DNA of 63,050 bases, filler included, from Hyphochytrium catenoides (Eukaryota; Protista; Hyphochytriomycota), in assembly GCA_900088475.1 (NCBI GenBank). It is 7 parts of 7 records of this genome, joined end to end, with 100 filler letters (N's around TTAATTAATTAA, not from the genome) between each part and the next. Parts side by side here need not be neighbours in the genome. Positions count along the whole stretch, not along the records: positions 1 to 23,274 come from FLMG01000398.1; positions 23,375 to 40,835 come from FLMG01001856.1; 5 more parts are not named here. One strand, written 5' to 3'. This document shows, piece by piece, positions 12,781-26,080 of this stretch (the first letter of the stretch is position 1; the number at the start of each line of letters is the position of its first letter). The notes below the pieces were generated by a model that saw only the letters and a program-made list of their open reading frames with translations, was not told where the DNA came from and made no database searches. A program made the translations under genes and the position numbers.

Positions 12781-15700
12781 CCCCGATTCTTCCAATGTGT
12801 TTTCTACTAGCACGTCAACTTACTATGTCCAGTAGCAACTGACTGCATCGGAGAGTGGACTCCTTTGCTCTTCCCTGATGATATGTACCGGACATCCCAC
12901 AGGTGGAGCAGGCCGTTTGTACTGCCACAGGACCAATGCACGCCTACGTCGGCAGCAGTGGAAGTGTGGAGAGGGCACCATAGACAGAGAAGACAAACGA
13001 AGAAGGGAGAAAGTCATTGACAGAGAAGGGACAAACAGAAGTGTTAGAAGGAATAGGACAGAGTGAGAGAAAGGCAACCGTTAAGCACAGTTGACAACAA
13101 GACTGGGTAGAGCTAACCCCTTAAAACACATGGAGGCTGTCAAAGAGCAGAAGCAGCTAGAAGAGTCAAAGAAAATAGCAATGGAACCAAGATGTTAGAA
13201 GAGTCGAAGGACAGCTATCGTCTGTGAACCCAATTAGGAAGAAAAAGATAGTATGAGAGAATTATGTGGAGAATCACAGACAGAGAGAGAGGACGAGACA
13301 GAAGCAACGCAAGCGAGACGGGATATGGACAGTAGATGAGAGGTGACAGTCAACAGGAAAGAGAACCTATCACGCAGGGGCACATGCCCTTACCTGAAGG
13401 GCTCCATCTCGGTACAATGTATTGGCTGACCGAGCGGTCATNNNNNNNNNNNNNNNNNNNNNNNNNNNNNNNNNNNNNNNNNNNNNNNNNNNAGATAAAT
13501 AGACTGCTCAGCTGTCAGCCCGCTGAACAGGATGAGGTTTGAGTTGAAAGGGTGCTCCAAGACCTCGACCAGCTGCCCATTGAGACAATTGTTAGGTTCG
13601 GGAAATGTCGAGGAGTACCTCTTCATACCAGCTTCCTTTCTCTTTCAATCTGTTTCTCGTTCCTCTCTCTTTCTCCTCTTCCCCCAACTTTGTCTTTGCA
13701 GTTAACCTTCAGTCCACCAACCTCGTCACGTCCTCTCTTGACAATGATGCTCTGGCACTCCTACCTTCTCTATCACTGGCTTCCGCCTGCTGACACACCA
13801 CTCTTCCGTATCTCGAGCAAGAGAGTAGCATATTAAGTTTCTGAACCGTTGGAAAGGCAAAGTCAGTTGTCGTCTCTTCCGTACAGAATATCCGTGCAAC
13901 AAAGCTGCAGCTCCACTTACCCATCTAGCCCACAACTGAAGACCTTGTCCTTGCTGCTGTGTAGAAGGATGCTACGGATCTCAGCGCGATGTAATGAATG
14001 GACGACTCTTGATGGGGGACTAGAGGTGCTGAAGACGTTCTCCCATAGGACCTAGCAGCAAGAGACAGGCACAGAAAATAGTAGTAGAAGTAGAGGGAAG
14101 ACAGAGAAATTGAGCAAGAGGTGAGATAACGATACCTGAGACGAGCGTCACACTTTTTCTCCGTCTCCTCCTTGTACCTACCACTTGATGGTCCACAGTG
14201 CCGCCTAAGACTCTGCTCGGATGCAGGGACCAGTCTATGGATGTAACGCCACTGTAAAAGAAACGTTATAAACTATTCTTGGCAAGAGGCAGAAAGACGA
14301 TTGAGACAGCAACCAGAACATGTCTAAAGAGGAACAGAAATGAAAGTGAAGAGAGGGTGGATAGCAACACCGAAGACCTACTTGCAGCCCAACCATGAAA
14401 GTCAGAAAAAGAGTTAAGATGGCTCTCTGCATGTGCGTGTGGCCTCTTACCGGTTAGCATGCTTGCTACCTAACGTCCATAGCACCTTTCCTGTCACATT
14501 CAACCGATTCCCTGGGTGGGAATAGATTCCCAGCTTTGCACAATCGACAATGGCAATCTTAGGGTCGGAGACTGTCATCCCGTTCTTCAGAGCAACCGCA
14601 AGGTGACTGCCGTCAGGGGAAAAGCGTAGGGCTTCCTGTTTGTAGTGCAGCAAGAAAGGTCAATCAACTTAGAGAGTTAACAGGGACTTGGCGTGAAGCG
14701 CGTCCTCGGCTAGACTGGGCAGATGGGAGAGGTGAATGGATTGAATAGCTAAATTGTGGAGTCTGAGGAACGAAGAGGAGAAGGAGCATGAGGTCATTAC
14801 CGCCACGGGCTTGATAACTTTTAGATGTTTGCTATCTAAGCTTCCAGCTTTAGAAATGGAGCATTCTCGGCTCTTCGAAAGAGTCCAGAACTGCAAAGAA
14901 CCATCGTCCGCGCTAGAGGAGGAGTAGAGGAGGAGAATCCAGTCAGTACCGCCAGAGGCCCCCAATATGGGAGAGAGACACATCACCGCCCCAAGAGATT
15001 GACTAGACAAGAGACCCAGGAGATAGATAAAGGTTAAGCAGAGGGAGTGACAGTGGTAACACTGAGGCGCACCTGGTAGCGAAATGGTCTGAGTTGGAGG
15101 CGTCAAAGCACATGGCGCGCAGCTTCCGACTCGTCCCTGCAAGAGACAGGTTCAGCATAACAGGTTCCTCACAGAGTCAACAGAAGGGACAGCCATTGTA
15201 ACAGACATATGGTCTCAAAGAACATTGGGAGCATTGAGAAGAGGAGATAAGCACGTTACGGTCAACTAGATACTTTGATGACTCAAAGAGCAAGAGAAGC
15301 GTAAAGAGTCACTCGATGACAAGAGGGCTGAGCTCATAGGAAGGATCTTTGCCTCACCATCCGGCACATGTCTATGTCTCCAGGAGACCAGCATTTCCTG
15401 TGTCTTCTTCTTGGATGATGAGGCAGAAGCAGGCCGATCAGTGGCCCTCTTTCCTCTATAGGGACTCTCTTTGCTGATTGTATCTTCTCTTAAGCTTCTG
15501 ACACTATTTATATCTTGCAGAGCATCGATATTTCCCCTTCTTTGATTATAAGAGCGAGAGGAAGAGGACGCGACACGGCTCTTGGTCGGTGTTATCACTC
15601 TTGAGAGAGAACTTTGATCATCTTCAGTAAAAGAGAGAGACAGTTTCCGCTTGTTACTTCTTTGTGGAGAGTCCAGATGGAAGTGCTTTCCTTCGACATA

Positions 15701-16255
15701 GTTTTCGTGCAACCGTATCTTTTCTTCAAAGCCTTTAAGCTCTAGTTTAGCTTGATGGAGCTGGTAGAGCTTCTCTTTGATGCTGGCGTCGAAGGAGGCG
15801 ACGGCGACGGCTTTCTCCTTCTGGATCTCTTCTATATCGTTATGGATTGTCTTCATAAAGCGCTTGATTTCCTCTATTTGCGCGGTCCACTCGTTAACTG
15901 GTGCATCGCTGGGCTTAGGATACAATGCAGCGCCGCCAAGAGGCTGTGAGAGGCGAGGCTGGCTTGTGGGTGGGTTCTGCCGCGGCTGTTTGTGCTGTTG
16001 CTCTGTGGAGGAGCTAGTCAGAGTGTCGTCGTCACTGGATGAGCTCTGTGCACCCTGCTCACCGGCAGGTAAAACGCGCCCGTGGGCCTTAATGGCAATG
16101 TTGGCAGGCACAATGTCATCCAGCGGCCGAATTCTCGGCTTTGCTTGTGAAGAAGGTGTCACTTGTACACCGCTGGTGCTACGTTTAGCTTGAAGAGATG
16201 TTCCAGCCAGCGTAATAGAGAAACCGGTGGGCGGCGGGGGCTCTTCCTTCACCAT
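12306..16255 (-). CDS. Multi-exon WD40-repeat protein with an N-terminal low-complexity/coiled-coil region
   Basis: Spliced peptides RKLRAMCFDASNSDHFATS|ADDGSLQFW, ALRFSPDGSHLAVA, HRAEIRSILLHSSKDKVFSCGLDG, SQYIVPRWSPSG, CGSTNGLLHLWDVR, LMITLSTDRTIGVH*. GT-AG boundaries; one N gap inside; not all exon edges resolved. Confidence 0.8.
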
Positions 16256-17745
16256 CGTCCTTAAATAACTCTATCTACTGCGGGTATTGGGCTACCAAGG
16301 CAAGGGCGATTGTCTCTGAAAGAAAGCTACTGCCAGCACTTCAGCAATCGCGGCTTTGAAGCTGTAGGTTATTCTTGGCGCTGCTGAGGACAATCTCCGG
16401 TTGATTTGCCTCCTAGTCAGGACTAATATCCGTCAGGTCTCGTCACTGTACGTGCATGCTTGCTAAGACATCAAGATGACTCTGCGTTCAAGACCACGTT
16501 AAGCTTCGACAAACGCCCACCGAAGTCTCTGCAGTGCACGCTATCAAACGCCCGGTCCGCTGCTATCTCCACCTTGAACCTTGTGCACCAGCGGCTAAAT
16601 AAAGGAAGAAGATGCTGCCGGATAGACACAGAGCTTCGTGCTGTAACGAAGTCAGTGTCTCTGGTCCACCTAGCGCTTATCGCGTCTAGGGTCCGTCTAA
16701 GGCTTCAGTGGTGTTGTGTCGTCCATCCAACGCTTCAGAGGCTCTTCGGTCTATCTAACCTTTCAATGTACTCTTATCCATCTAACACCTTTGAATTCTT
16801 CTTCCGACTAACGCTTCAGTGTAACCTCAGTCTCCATTCACGCTTCGTCGATGTCTTCAGCCCGTCTGGCCCCTCGGTTTGTCTGGCTCCATCTAACGCT
16901 TCCTTCAGCCTGTCTGGCTCTTCATCCTCTCTGCCTTCATCTAAAGCTTCATCAATGTTTTCAGTCTGTCTAATCCCTTCAGTGTCTTTAGCTTCTTCTA
17001 GAGCTTCATCAACGTCTCTGGCCTGGGGAACGCTCCCAAGGTCCGCCGTCTGTCCTCCTGTTGGCGCTGCGGTCTGATGGCTCACACAGTTGGTTTCTCA
17101 GTTGATGGAACCTGGATATCTCTAACATTGATCCATGGGTAGACCCAACTTAATTCTCTAGTCACGGGGGACTCATATTAACTGTGTACAAAGCAACTCT
17201 CATTTGTCGGCCCACAATTTGCCTTGTACTGAACGTGCCAGGGTTATCTGGGTCAAGGTGTTTTCAAAACCAGGTTTTCCCTTTCCCTTCCATTCCTTTT
17301 GCCGCTCAAAATCTGGGATCTGGGATCCCGTCCTCCGCCGCCAGTCGCGCTCTCTTCAGAGCTCATCACTTGAGACCGTTGACGAGCAGAGCGCAGATCT
17401 TATGGGTCTGCCTGAGGCACAGATCCCATGAGTCTAGGCAAGCGTTGTTACGTCAACCAAAGAAGAAATGCTCTTGAGTTTTTGCCTTGTAAAACATTGG
17501 AGACACGGTAATGACGAGTGTCTTCGATAACGTGTGCGGCGCCGGGATGAGGTAGGAGAGGTTCGCTGCGGATATTTCTGAGGGAGGAGAGGACAAAAAG
17601 CTCCTGGACATGCGCCCTTATGGACTAGTGATTGTGAAGCAGTGGACGTGGATCTCGTCATGAAGCGACCTTGCCCAATTATCATAATATGCAGATCTAT
17701 TNNNNNNNNNNNNNNNNNNNNNNNNNNNNNNNNNNNNNNNNNNNN

Positions 17746-19347
17746 GTCACTGTCTGCTGGAGGCAAAGCTTCCTTCATGAGGGTGGTCAGCTTCGCCTGG
17801 TGAGTGGCTGGTGATATGGTAGTTGTGGCGCTACACACTGTTAGAGATATCTTCTTGGTCCCATCTGGAGTACGAATCATCCTTTCCTCATGCACCTCGA
17901 CTTGACGGTCGGGCGCTGGCGAAGAGCCAACAGTTGTTCTTTGAATCTCCTCTGGAAGCTCAATCTCTAACTGAAGATTCTCATCTCCCTCCTGGACCTG
18001 GGCCAAGACTTCTCCGTCAGTCTGCTCGATGGTCTCAGGGTCACACTGCAAGATAGCAAGGAGTTTTCTGCAATAGTACTCCAGATCGTCATAGCTTCCT
18101 GAGAGTTTGGCCTCCCTGACCGCGTCAGCATACTTTTGATAAAGAGAAGGGTCGAGACTCCTCATATTAGAAATGTACTTCCAAAGCTGCTTCTCAAGCC
18201 GTCGTAGCTTCGTAGGGACACCCTTCCTGAGGTTCTCCAGCTTCTCCAGCACCTGGCTTGCAAAGTACTCCGCGCTGTACTCATCACCTTCTGCCGCCGC
18301 TGCCCTCATCTTGGCTAAGTAGAAACCATACGCCGATCTCATGAAGCCTGCCTTTCGTGGATGTCGCTCCACCTTCTCTAGCAGCATCTTCACTGGTCTT
18401 GACAAGCCTCTCCTGAGCACTTCCAGACGATGAAAGATGAACTTTCCTCTCTCTAGAGCGATGCCCCATTGCCTGTCATGGACACTGCTTCTAAAGTCAT
18501 CGATCATGTACCCGAGGTCTGAGAAACGAAAGATCGGGAACTTCTCATGAGTCTCGACGCCGTAGACCAGTTCACTGACTTCGGCAGGAATGTAATCTAC
18601 AAAGAGATTGAGCTCCAAGATCTCCCAAAGCTTCTCACCGCATTCCATCGCCTCTGGGTATGCGCCTGATCCCATGTGATCCATCATCCAGACATAGAGA
18701 AACCAGTCACCCAGGATACCTTCGTCCACTTTGTCAAAGTTATAATGCGACTCAATGTCCTTTACAAGGTTCTTCAGCTCTTTCGGTGGGCCCTTCTTCA
18801 AGCTCTCCAAGCTGCCGAGGACTAGCTCACAGAGCTTCTCTGCATGCTCCCAAGTACCGTCCACGACCGCTTGCTCTAAAGAACGCAAGCGGTAGCCCAG
18901 ACTAGAATGGGCGAAGGCTTCCAACTGGCTGTGCTTTCGTATCTCCTCCATCTTTTCCATCACCTCCTTCGGGCATCCGGCGACGTGTGCCGGGATTTGC
19001 AGTTGTTGGTCCTTGATCGAGACATCGCTCTCTTCCAAGACTTCAGTGGACTCAATGGGAAGCTCGCTGTGTTCAAGAATCTGAGTTGCCTCCTCTGCCT
19101 CTGGCTCGGGAGCCGGTTCCTCTTGTCGCTGCAGAGAGGAGGCAATCTTTGTTTCTTGTGCAGGTTCATCGTGGAACAGTGAACGGGCTCGGACTAGCTC
19201 CTTCACCTTTGTCCCAACAGGCTTGGTTGGAAGGGAGCGTATAGTCTGGATGTCCTTGACGATGGACTTACGGAACCTCTTGCCTGTGCCAGGCGCATTG
19301 CTGCTGATCTCTTCATACACTCGCTTTCTCACCACCTGGCTCGGCAT
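17746..19347 (-). CDS. Unknown protein with five tandem ~62-aa helical repeats (3' end lost in gap)
   Basis: ATG-initiated ORF of more than 530 codons up to the gap; internal repeats align by eye; basic N-terminal RKRV/KRFRK. Confidence 0.75.
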
Positions 19348-21299
19348 GTCTCTCAGCTTTCTCTCTCTACTGTCAATAGCTTATCTGGATATCTTCAGCG
19401 TCTTCTTGGTCAATGAATGGGGGAAAATATGGAATGAGAGAATATGACAGGTCATCGGCTTTCTGTCGAAGCTTCTGGTCGTCAGAAGTGACTCTATGGA
19501 GATTTGGACAGGGAACAGACAAAGTAGAACCAGGGGCGAAGGAGGGAGAGAGAATAGAGAAAAGGTCAAGTCTTCCTGAAGCTTGCCAGTGACGAAGTAG
19601 GAACAGAGGGAGGAGAGAGACGAAGGTAAGAGGAAGGTAAAAGGAGGAACAAGCTGCGAACAGCAGAGATGGTATGAGGTTTGAGAGAAGAGAGAAGGGA
19701 GAGAGAGAGACAGAGAGAGAGACAAAGATAGAGAGATGGAAGAGAGAGACAAAAAGAGAGAGAGAGAGAGAGAGAGNNNNNNNNNNNNNNNNNNNNNNNN
19801 NNNNNNNNNNNNNCAAGAAGCCCGAACCCTTCGCGCCAAAAAGATCCACAACCAAGGAAGGCGGCTTCACAAAAAATCTTCTTCCATAACTTGTACCAGA
19901 TTCAGAAACGTACTTTGGTCTTTTGAGCCCATACTTATCGAGCTTATTACTCAGAAGCCCGGGAATTGACGATCTCAAAGCGTACATTCGGAAGGTACAT
20001 TCGTCCCTTGATAACTGAGGAGTGAAGGTGTGTCCTGTATCTTGTATCACTAGACGGCGTTTGACGTGCACTGTTCGCTGTTCTTTTCTCTCTTCTGTCT
20101 CTTCGTTTCTCTTTCTTATCTCTCTTCCTTTGTCCCTTTCCTTTTCCTCTGCTCTGTCTCGTCTCTCTCTTTCTTTCTTGGTCTCTCTCCTGAGTTCTGA
20201 GTACAATGATTATGTAGGGGGTTTATCTTCCAAAGCTGGTGAAGATCGCCAGGAACAGAAGGGACGAGGAAGGCAGGTGATGTTTGTCTCCAGTTGATTT
20301 CCTTGACTGCTTTGACATGGTAAGGCCTTAATGGTTGCAGGCCTGTCTGTCTGATCTGGCCTTTTGCAGAAACGTCCGAAGAGTTAGTTGATGGATGGCC
20401 CACGACAGCTATTGACCGACACTCTTGGAACTTTTTCTGGCCAAAGAGTGAACGAAGACACTCACTCTGTTGTAAGAGAAGAGAAAGAGAAGGAAAGACC
20501 ATCATCTGTGGCGGTCATTCTTTTCCACGTCACTATGAGTGGTAGCAGAAGAATGCTTCCTTTAATTGGGTAAGAAAGGTGTCACTTCATCGTAAACTTA
20601 CTTCTATGATATAGATAATGATGATATGGCATCTGCTATCATCTGGGCCCTTCTAACCCTTGGGCTGAGGGGCCCGCCAGGAGGACAGTACTCCCTAACA
20701 GTGAAGCTAAGATAGCTTGGAGTCAATTGGACGTTGGGGTTTGGCGCCTGAAGCAGGTTGCTGCGACGAGCATGATGAGGTGAATAGCTCTGGTTCGCTC
20801 AATATCCTCTTTTCCTCCTCTCTTTCGATACTACGAATAGAACTAGGAAGGGGTTCTTTCGTTACCGTCGTTCTGGCACGGTCACGAGGCGAGCACTGGG
20901 CTCCTAACTAATCAATCGGTTAAGCTGCTGCTGATGCAAGTCGCAATATGATCAGATAGGGTCACTTGTCCGCTCACAGATTGCACAGAACTTTTCCTTC
21001 TGTCCACTAATTACAGAATGATGAATGGCTGGACCGTAACGCAGTTGATCGCAACGGCTAACTGCATTCTTCCTGTCGCGTCTTCGATGACAAAATGCTC
21101 TCAACAAACCTCTTGCGCCGGAGCACCATTGATGAACACATCATCTCGTCTCTTCCTTCGAGTGCTCTTCCCATGGTCCTCTTCAGTCCAGTCAGAGCCT
21201 AGTTCACAGTTGAACTACTATTGCAACGCCCCTACTGCGAAACTTGCCTTCGCACTACCAAGGACCCCAGAGCTCCTGCATAATCTTACTAAGATAGCA

Positions 21300-22560
21300 T
21301 GCCCGCCAGCCTTCCCTTGCCATGTGCTTCAGCAGCAGGCAATCTTTTGCTTTACAGCCAGAGTTACAGAGCTGGAAATGGCGTAGGACAGCGACAAGTA
21401 TTACACCACTCTTCTACATACAGATCCTAGACTGCCCTGTAGAGTTCTCCCTGGGAGAAAATTAGTCCTGGTTCCTGCATCTAGTGTTGTCTCACCACAG
21501 CGAGCGTTGTGTCTATACGAAAAAATGCTTGCGCGCCACTTCACTTCTCCTACTGTCTGGAGCTGCCGTATGAGCTGCTGAGTCCAAGAGCAACGGACAC
21601 GCATCTCTAAACAGATATACGCTTCTAGGACAGCATAGTCCCATACACGAAGAAGGTGGAAGACCTCCACATTATAATGTTCTGGGTCACATCAGCCATG
21701 GGGCCGATTATTATACCTTTGGGTCACCGCAGTGGCGTATTAGACTCTACCGAGTGGCCATTCGCTCATTCTCTGGGAGAACAAGAACTCAAACCTGCTC
21801 ATCTAACATCTAGTAGGAAGTAGTGCTACTTATCCTCTAATAGTCCGCAGGAAACAGCTGAAGAGGAGATGGCAGGGTATCTAATCACCGTTCAGGAAGC
21901 TAGGACGGATCATCGTCCTTCTACTAGCCATTATGAGTTAAATACAGCAGTCGTAATGCTGGTATCGGACAAGACAGAACATAGGCTTCCTCTGGAGCTT
22001 TGGAGAACGCCATAGAACTATTCACATGAAGCTCTAACAAGTACGGACACTGGGACTAAAACAATAAAGGCTGCGCTAAGCAAATAGGCTAACGCAGTAG
22101 ATGGGTAAGAAATTGACTGAAATGACGATCCTAGTCTTCCTAGGAGGGCGAGTGGCAAAAGAAGGATTGGACTCTCCCTGTGTAGATCTACCAAGAGTTT
22201 ATAGACCTGGTGAGCAATCGTCCGTCCACTAGTCACTTCTGCTTCCTTCATTATCAGGGCTAACCAAGATATCTAACCGCGACGGTACAGCTGCACCGAC
22301 TCGAGAAGGAGGAGCTCCATATATCCAAGAACTGATGCTGTTGAAAGGCGCAGATGAGCCTCTGGGCCGTGGTTCATTACTATAGAAAAAGCTACTAGTG
22401 AAGCTTCACCTTGATTTGTACCTTCACTACGAAGGATGATGGGAATCGTATGGCCTGTTGTAAGTAGTAATTGGCACAGCCTTCTGTAGCTAGATCCAAT
22501 CATCGTGCATATCTTTCTCTCTGGCCAATAGGGAAGAGGGTTGGTCTCTCCGATGAGCTT
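21300..22560 (-). mobile_element. Highly decayed CRE/SLACS-like non-LTR retrotransposon (RT to zinc-finger region)
   Basis: IILRSEGTNQGEASLVAFSIVM...VLGYME resembles the RT QG and YxDD motifs; downstream CPLLLDSAAH and RHNA resemble the CCHC/RHN region. Many stops and frameshifts; boundaries approximate. Confidence 0.4.
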
Positions 22561-23274
22561 TCATTGGTTGAGACGGGCAGAGGGTATGACCATTTCGCCT
22601 TTAGTATCTTCTTCCTAGTTAGGCGACTGCATCCAGACAAAAGCTATAAAAAATGTTAGACAAAGTAGAACCAAGGACCAGTCCACAACCTAAGGAATGT
22701 TTCAAAAGGATAGTTTCAAGATATCCCCGACCTGTAATATGAAATATGATAGTTTCCGAAAGAAACTCTGTTTTGTTTGCTTTCACCCCCTTATGAAGTC
22801 CAGCTTGGGATCCAAACGACAAATTTTTGATGACTTGCCAGAGACGATGATGGATCTGTCAGAAGCGGTGGGTGGTGGCAGGTACACCGACTCCTTCATC
22901 ACAGTATTAATATGGGATTCTGATGGGGTGGATGGGCCATAGACTGCGACAAGAACCGACAGGAGGGTAACCGTGACTTTCCCGCTGCTCTCTCTCATGA
23001 CTCATGACCTTTCTATCGGAAGAGACAGAGGGAGAGAGAGAGATTCAAGACGGGTACATCTGACAGGAGATGCGCGAGAAAGAGCCGTACGAGTAACCAT
23101 GTCAAGCGAAGACAAAGGTCAAAGAGTCCAAAGTCCGAGCGCCTTCTATAGACTACGAGTAGAGACTCCTTTCTTCTAGTGCGGCCCTTCCGACCCAATC
23201 TCCACCTTTCATGACTGTGGAGACCTGGCAGGCTATAAGCAAAGGTTCCTAGTTAGATACTGGAAGAAGGAAGA

Positions 23275-23374
23275 NNNNNNNNNNNNNNNNNNNNNNNNNN
23301 NNNNNNNNNNNNNNNNNNTTAATTAATTAANNNNNNNNNNNNNNNNNNNNNNNNNNNNNNNNNNNNNNNNNNNN
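23275..23374. other. Artificial contig linker; same at 40836-40935, 42400-42499, 44922-45021, 47815-47914 and 59967-60066
   Basis: Identical N44-TTAATTAATTAA-N44 spacer (stop codons in all six frames). Confidence 0.97.
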
Positions 23375-23389
23375 GGGAGGGAGGGAGAA

Positions 23390-23421
<32 letters not shown>

Positions 23422-25269
23422 TGACAGAGACAGAGAGTGAAAGACTTACACAGGTACAAGAAGGGAGAGAGAGAAAGGGAGAGAGAAAACGAGAGAGAGA
23501 GAAAGAGTAGGTGCATCTATTTTAGAGAGCAAAGGCAACTCTTCAAAAGAGCTCTCTCAAAGGTCACGCCTCCAGTAATATGCCCTACACGTAGCTATAT
23601 CGATTAGTACTATTGGCGTAGTAATATGTAAGGTCTTGGGCTGGGGGTTACGTTTCAGGTGCAGAGCACCAGCAGGAGGGCTCCAGCATATCCCTATTGA
23701 AAGACATATACACGGGGAGAAAGTGGGAAGGGGGGTTGAGGTGCTTCAAAGAGCTCTCAGAGTGAGGGTTTTCCATCAGTCTTCCTCTCTCTCGGTCTTT
23801 GTCCTGTTGCTTGCTTCCGCCCTTGTTTGACTTTCACCGACCTCTCCCATCGTGTGATGATGCTCTTCTTCATCTGTCTTCCCCAAAGGAAGCGCGGTCG
23901 GTCGGTCAGAAGAAGATCAGCTCGCTGTCCCATCCTTCTCTCCTTCCTTTAGAAACTATTCGTTTTTATACCAAGGGGAAACATCTCCTCTTGCCGCCAC
24001 GTCTTGGTAGTACTGTGTATCAGATGAGGCAGATAGCTAGCTGCACTCGCAGACGAGTTGGAGCTGCCAAGTGCGGTGGTAGGTCCAAGTATTGGATCTG
24101 AAAGGATGCTGCTAGAGTAGAGCAGTGATGAAGACAATGGTTGAAAGAATCTGATTGTGGTAGATTGCTAAAGGATTGCAAACTGGATGATCCCTATAGT
24201 GTGCCTTCTCTGCTTGCGGCAGCTCTGAAGAGTAAGATAGCAGCAAGAAACTAACGGAAGAACAGAAAAAGGCGTGGGAGAATACTTCGGCCACATTGAT
24301 GGATGATGTGACAACTGACCTTGTTGTAGTCCACAAGTACCATGACAATATAGTTGCCGGTGAAGGTCATTCATCGGTAAATCATGTCGATCAACATCAT
24401 CAGAGCTCCTTAAGTGGCCGCAGCATAAATAGCCAACGACGGGCTAGAATTGAGACATGCTCGTGAAGGGAATGCTGCACAAAGGCGAACCTAGGATGGT
24501 CGTTTAAAGTCTTGATGCATAGAGACGTGGGACTTGGACTGCAATGATGCTGAATGAAACGAGAATTGACGCGCCGTTTTCATTCCGCTGCCTACATCAA
24601 AGACATTGCCTTGGCTCTGAACCCTTAGACTTTGCAACTCTTGTTCTTTAGCGTCGCAATAGACTATTATGAAGGGTACAGGAAGCCCTGTCGTCACAAG
24701 GCGTAGACCCCAACCAGTAGAATGGGCCTCTGAGCAATTGTTGCCCGCCACAAAAGAAGCAATAGCTGCACAAAAGTAAAACGCGACCATCAAATATGTT
24801 AGCCTGGGTTTTATAGCTAGATGTTGATGACCTCCACATTGCTGTCATAATCCCTCCTGCTGTTGTCTTGCAGAAAAATCTAGAGCTTTCACTCCCTCGT
24901 CTCAAGTCCCACGTGGTTTCAAAAAGCTTATGACGATTAGCCAAAAGGGTTATCCTTCTTTGACTACTAGAAGATTACGGAAGACTAGGATATTCCAAGA
25001 CGCGAGGTCACAGCAGAAAATGTGTCAAGTAGAGAGGAGAGGAGGCGAGGTTTCAAGAGGGCCGCTTTACCGAGGAAGTCAAAAGCACTCCTGCCATCCA
25101 GAGGCAGGACGGTACCTACCTACAAGTGGTCCTTTAACCTCTCTCGGTTAAGGACCTGCAGTCTTAGACCTATGAATATGAAGAGCAATACTGCAATATG
25201 TTCACGTCAAAGTGGTCAAAACCTATTGTCGTATATCTACTCGACAGTTGGAACAAGTCATACTAGGTC

Positions 25270-26080
25270 GTAACGTATACGCTGATGGGTCTTCTGGAAG
25301 CCTGCGGATCTCTCCTCCTCTCCCTCTTCTTCTCTTTTCAATACACACGTGCGGCAAGACCTTTGAGACAGCGGTAGATAGGCGGTGGGTCGTCTTTCAT
25401 AATATCTTCTTTGTACACTAAATATCAATGATGTGTCTGTCACGGGCTCGCTGCGAACTAGAACCCTTCCTTATGCAGCAGTCCACGCAGGCTATCAAGG
25501 TCGCTTGTCTGAGAAAGCGAAGCTGAAAAAGTATGAGCTTCCTTGTAAGGCTGGAGGGCTACAATTTGTCCCACTACTTGGGAGTCGTTTGGCGGAGTTA
25601 CGCAGGGCGTCATTGATCGTGTAGGACATCTGGTGAAGCTTCAGTGTGACCGCTCTGCTCTTGTTGATGCGTCTCGGCACCTGGCCAATGGTCCCCTTTG
25701 GCCATGGCTTTACTCCTTTCACACGAAATGTCTATGGCGCTTCATGAAGAAAGTGCGCTTCAGATTTTGAAACGTATTCCTCTTGAGCAGCTGAACCCTT
25801 CGCTTGCTTGCCTCGCGGTGGTTGAACTCGATGCTGACGACATTGTGGTTGATGGTTCACCTCCTCCTCCTACTTCTCCCCTTTTCATTACTGAGGAGAT
25901 CAACTATGATTCTTCCTTTACTGATGATGAGAGTGGAAAAGATCGAGCTGGGAACGAGACCAAGGCGTTATAGCTTTCCTCGTCTCTTCTTCTCTTCCTC
26001 TTCCTGTTCTTCCTCTTCTTGTCCTTCTTCTTCTCCTCCTCCTTCTTCTTCCTCTTTTTCTTCTATCAATATAAAAAAAA
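25270..26080 (+). mobile_element. 5'-truncated CRE-like non-LTR retrotransposon remnant (restriction-like endonuclease end plus A tail)
   Basis: DVSVT...AGYQGRLSEKAKLKKY..C...GLQFVPL matches the RLE D...E..K..KY pattern; followed by a CTT-rich 3' region and ATAAAAAAAA at 26071-26080. Confidence 0.65.

Noticed and set aside
10079-12810. Many ORFs rich in SLSLS or ERERE here and at 48600-49350 and 55900-59100
   Set aside because: Translations of AG/CT microsatellites, which lack stop codons.
17434-17701. C-terminal part of the 637-aa ORF
   Set aside because: Frame continuity across an N gap is arbitrary.
19814-20470. CRSIAVVGH (sialylmotif-like) and VVDLFGAKG (methyltransferase motif I-like) peptides on the minus strand
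   Set aside because: Single short motifs with no supporting downstream motifs; no coherent gene model, and the region is cut by a gap.
23319-23330. Recurrent palindrome TTAATTAATTAA (six copies)
   Set aside because: Always centred in 100-nt N spacers; an assembly linker, not biological.
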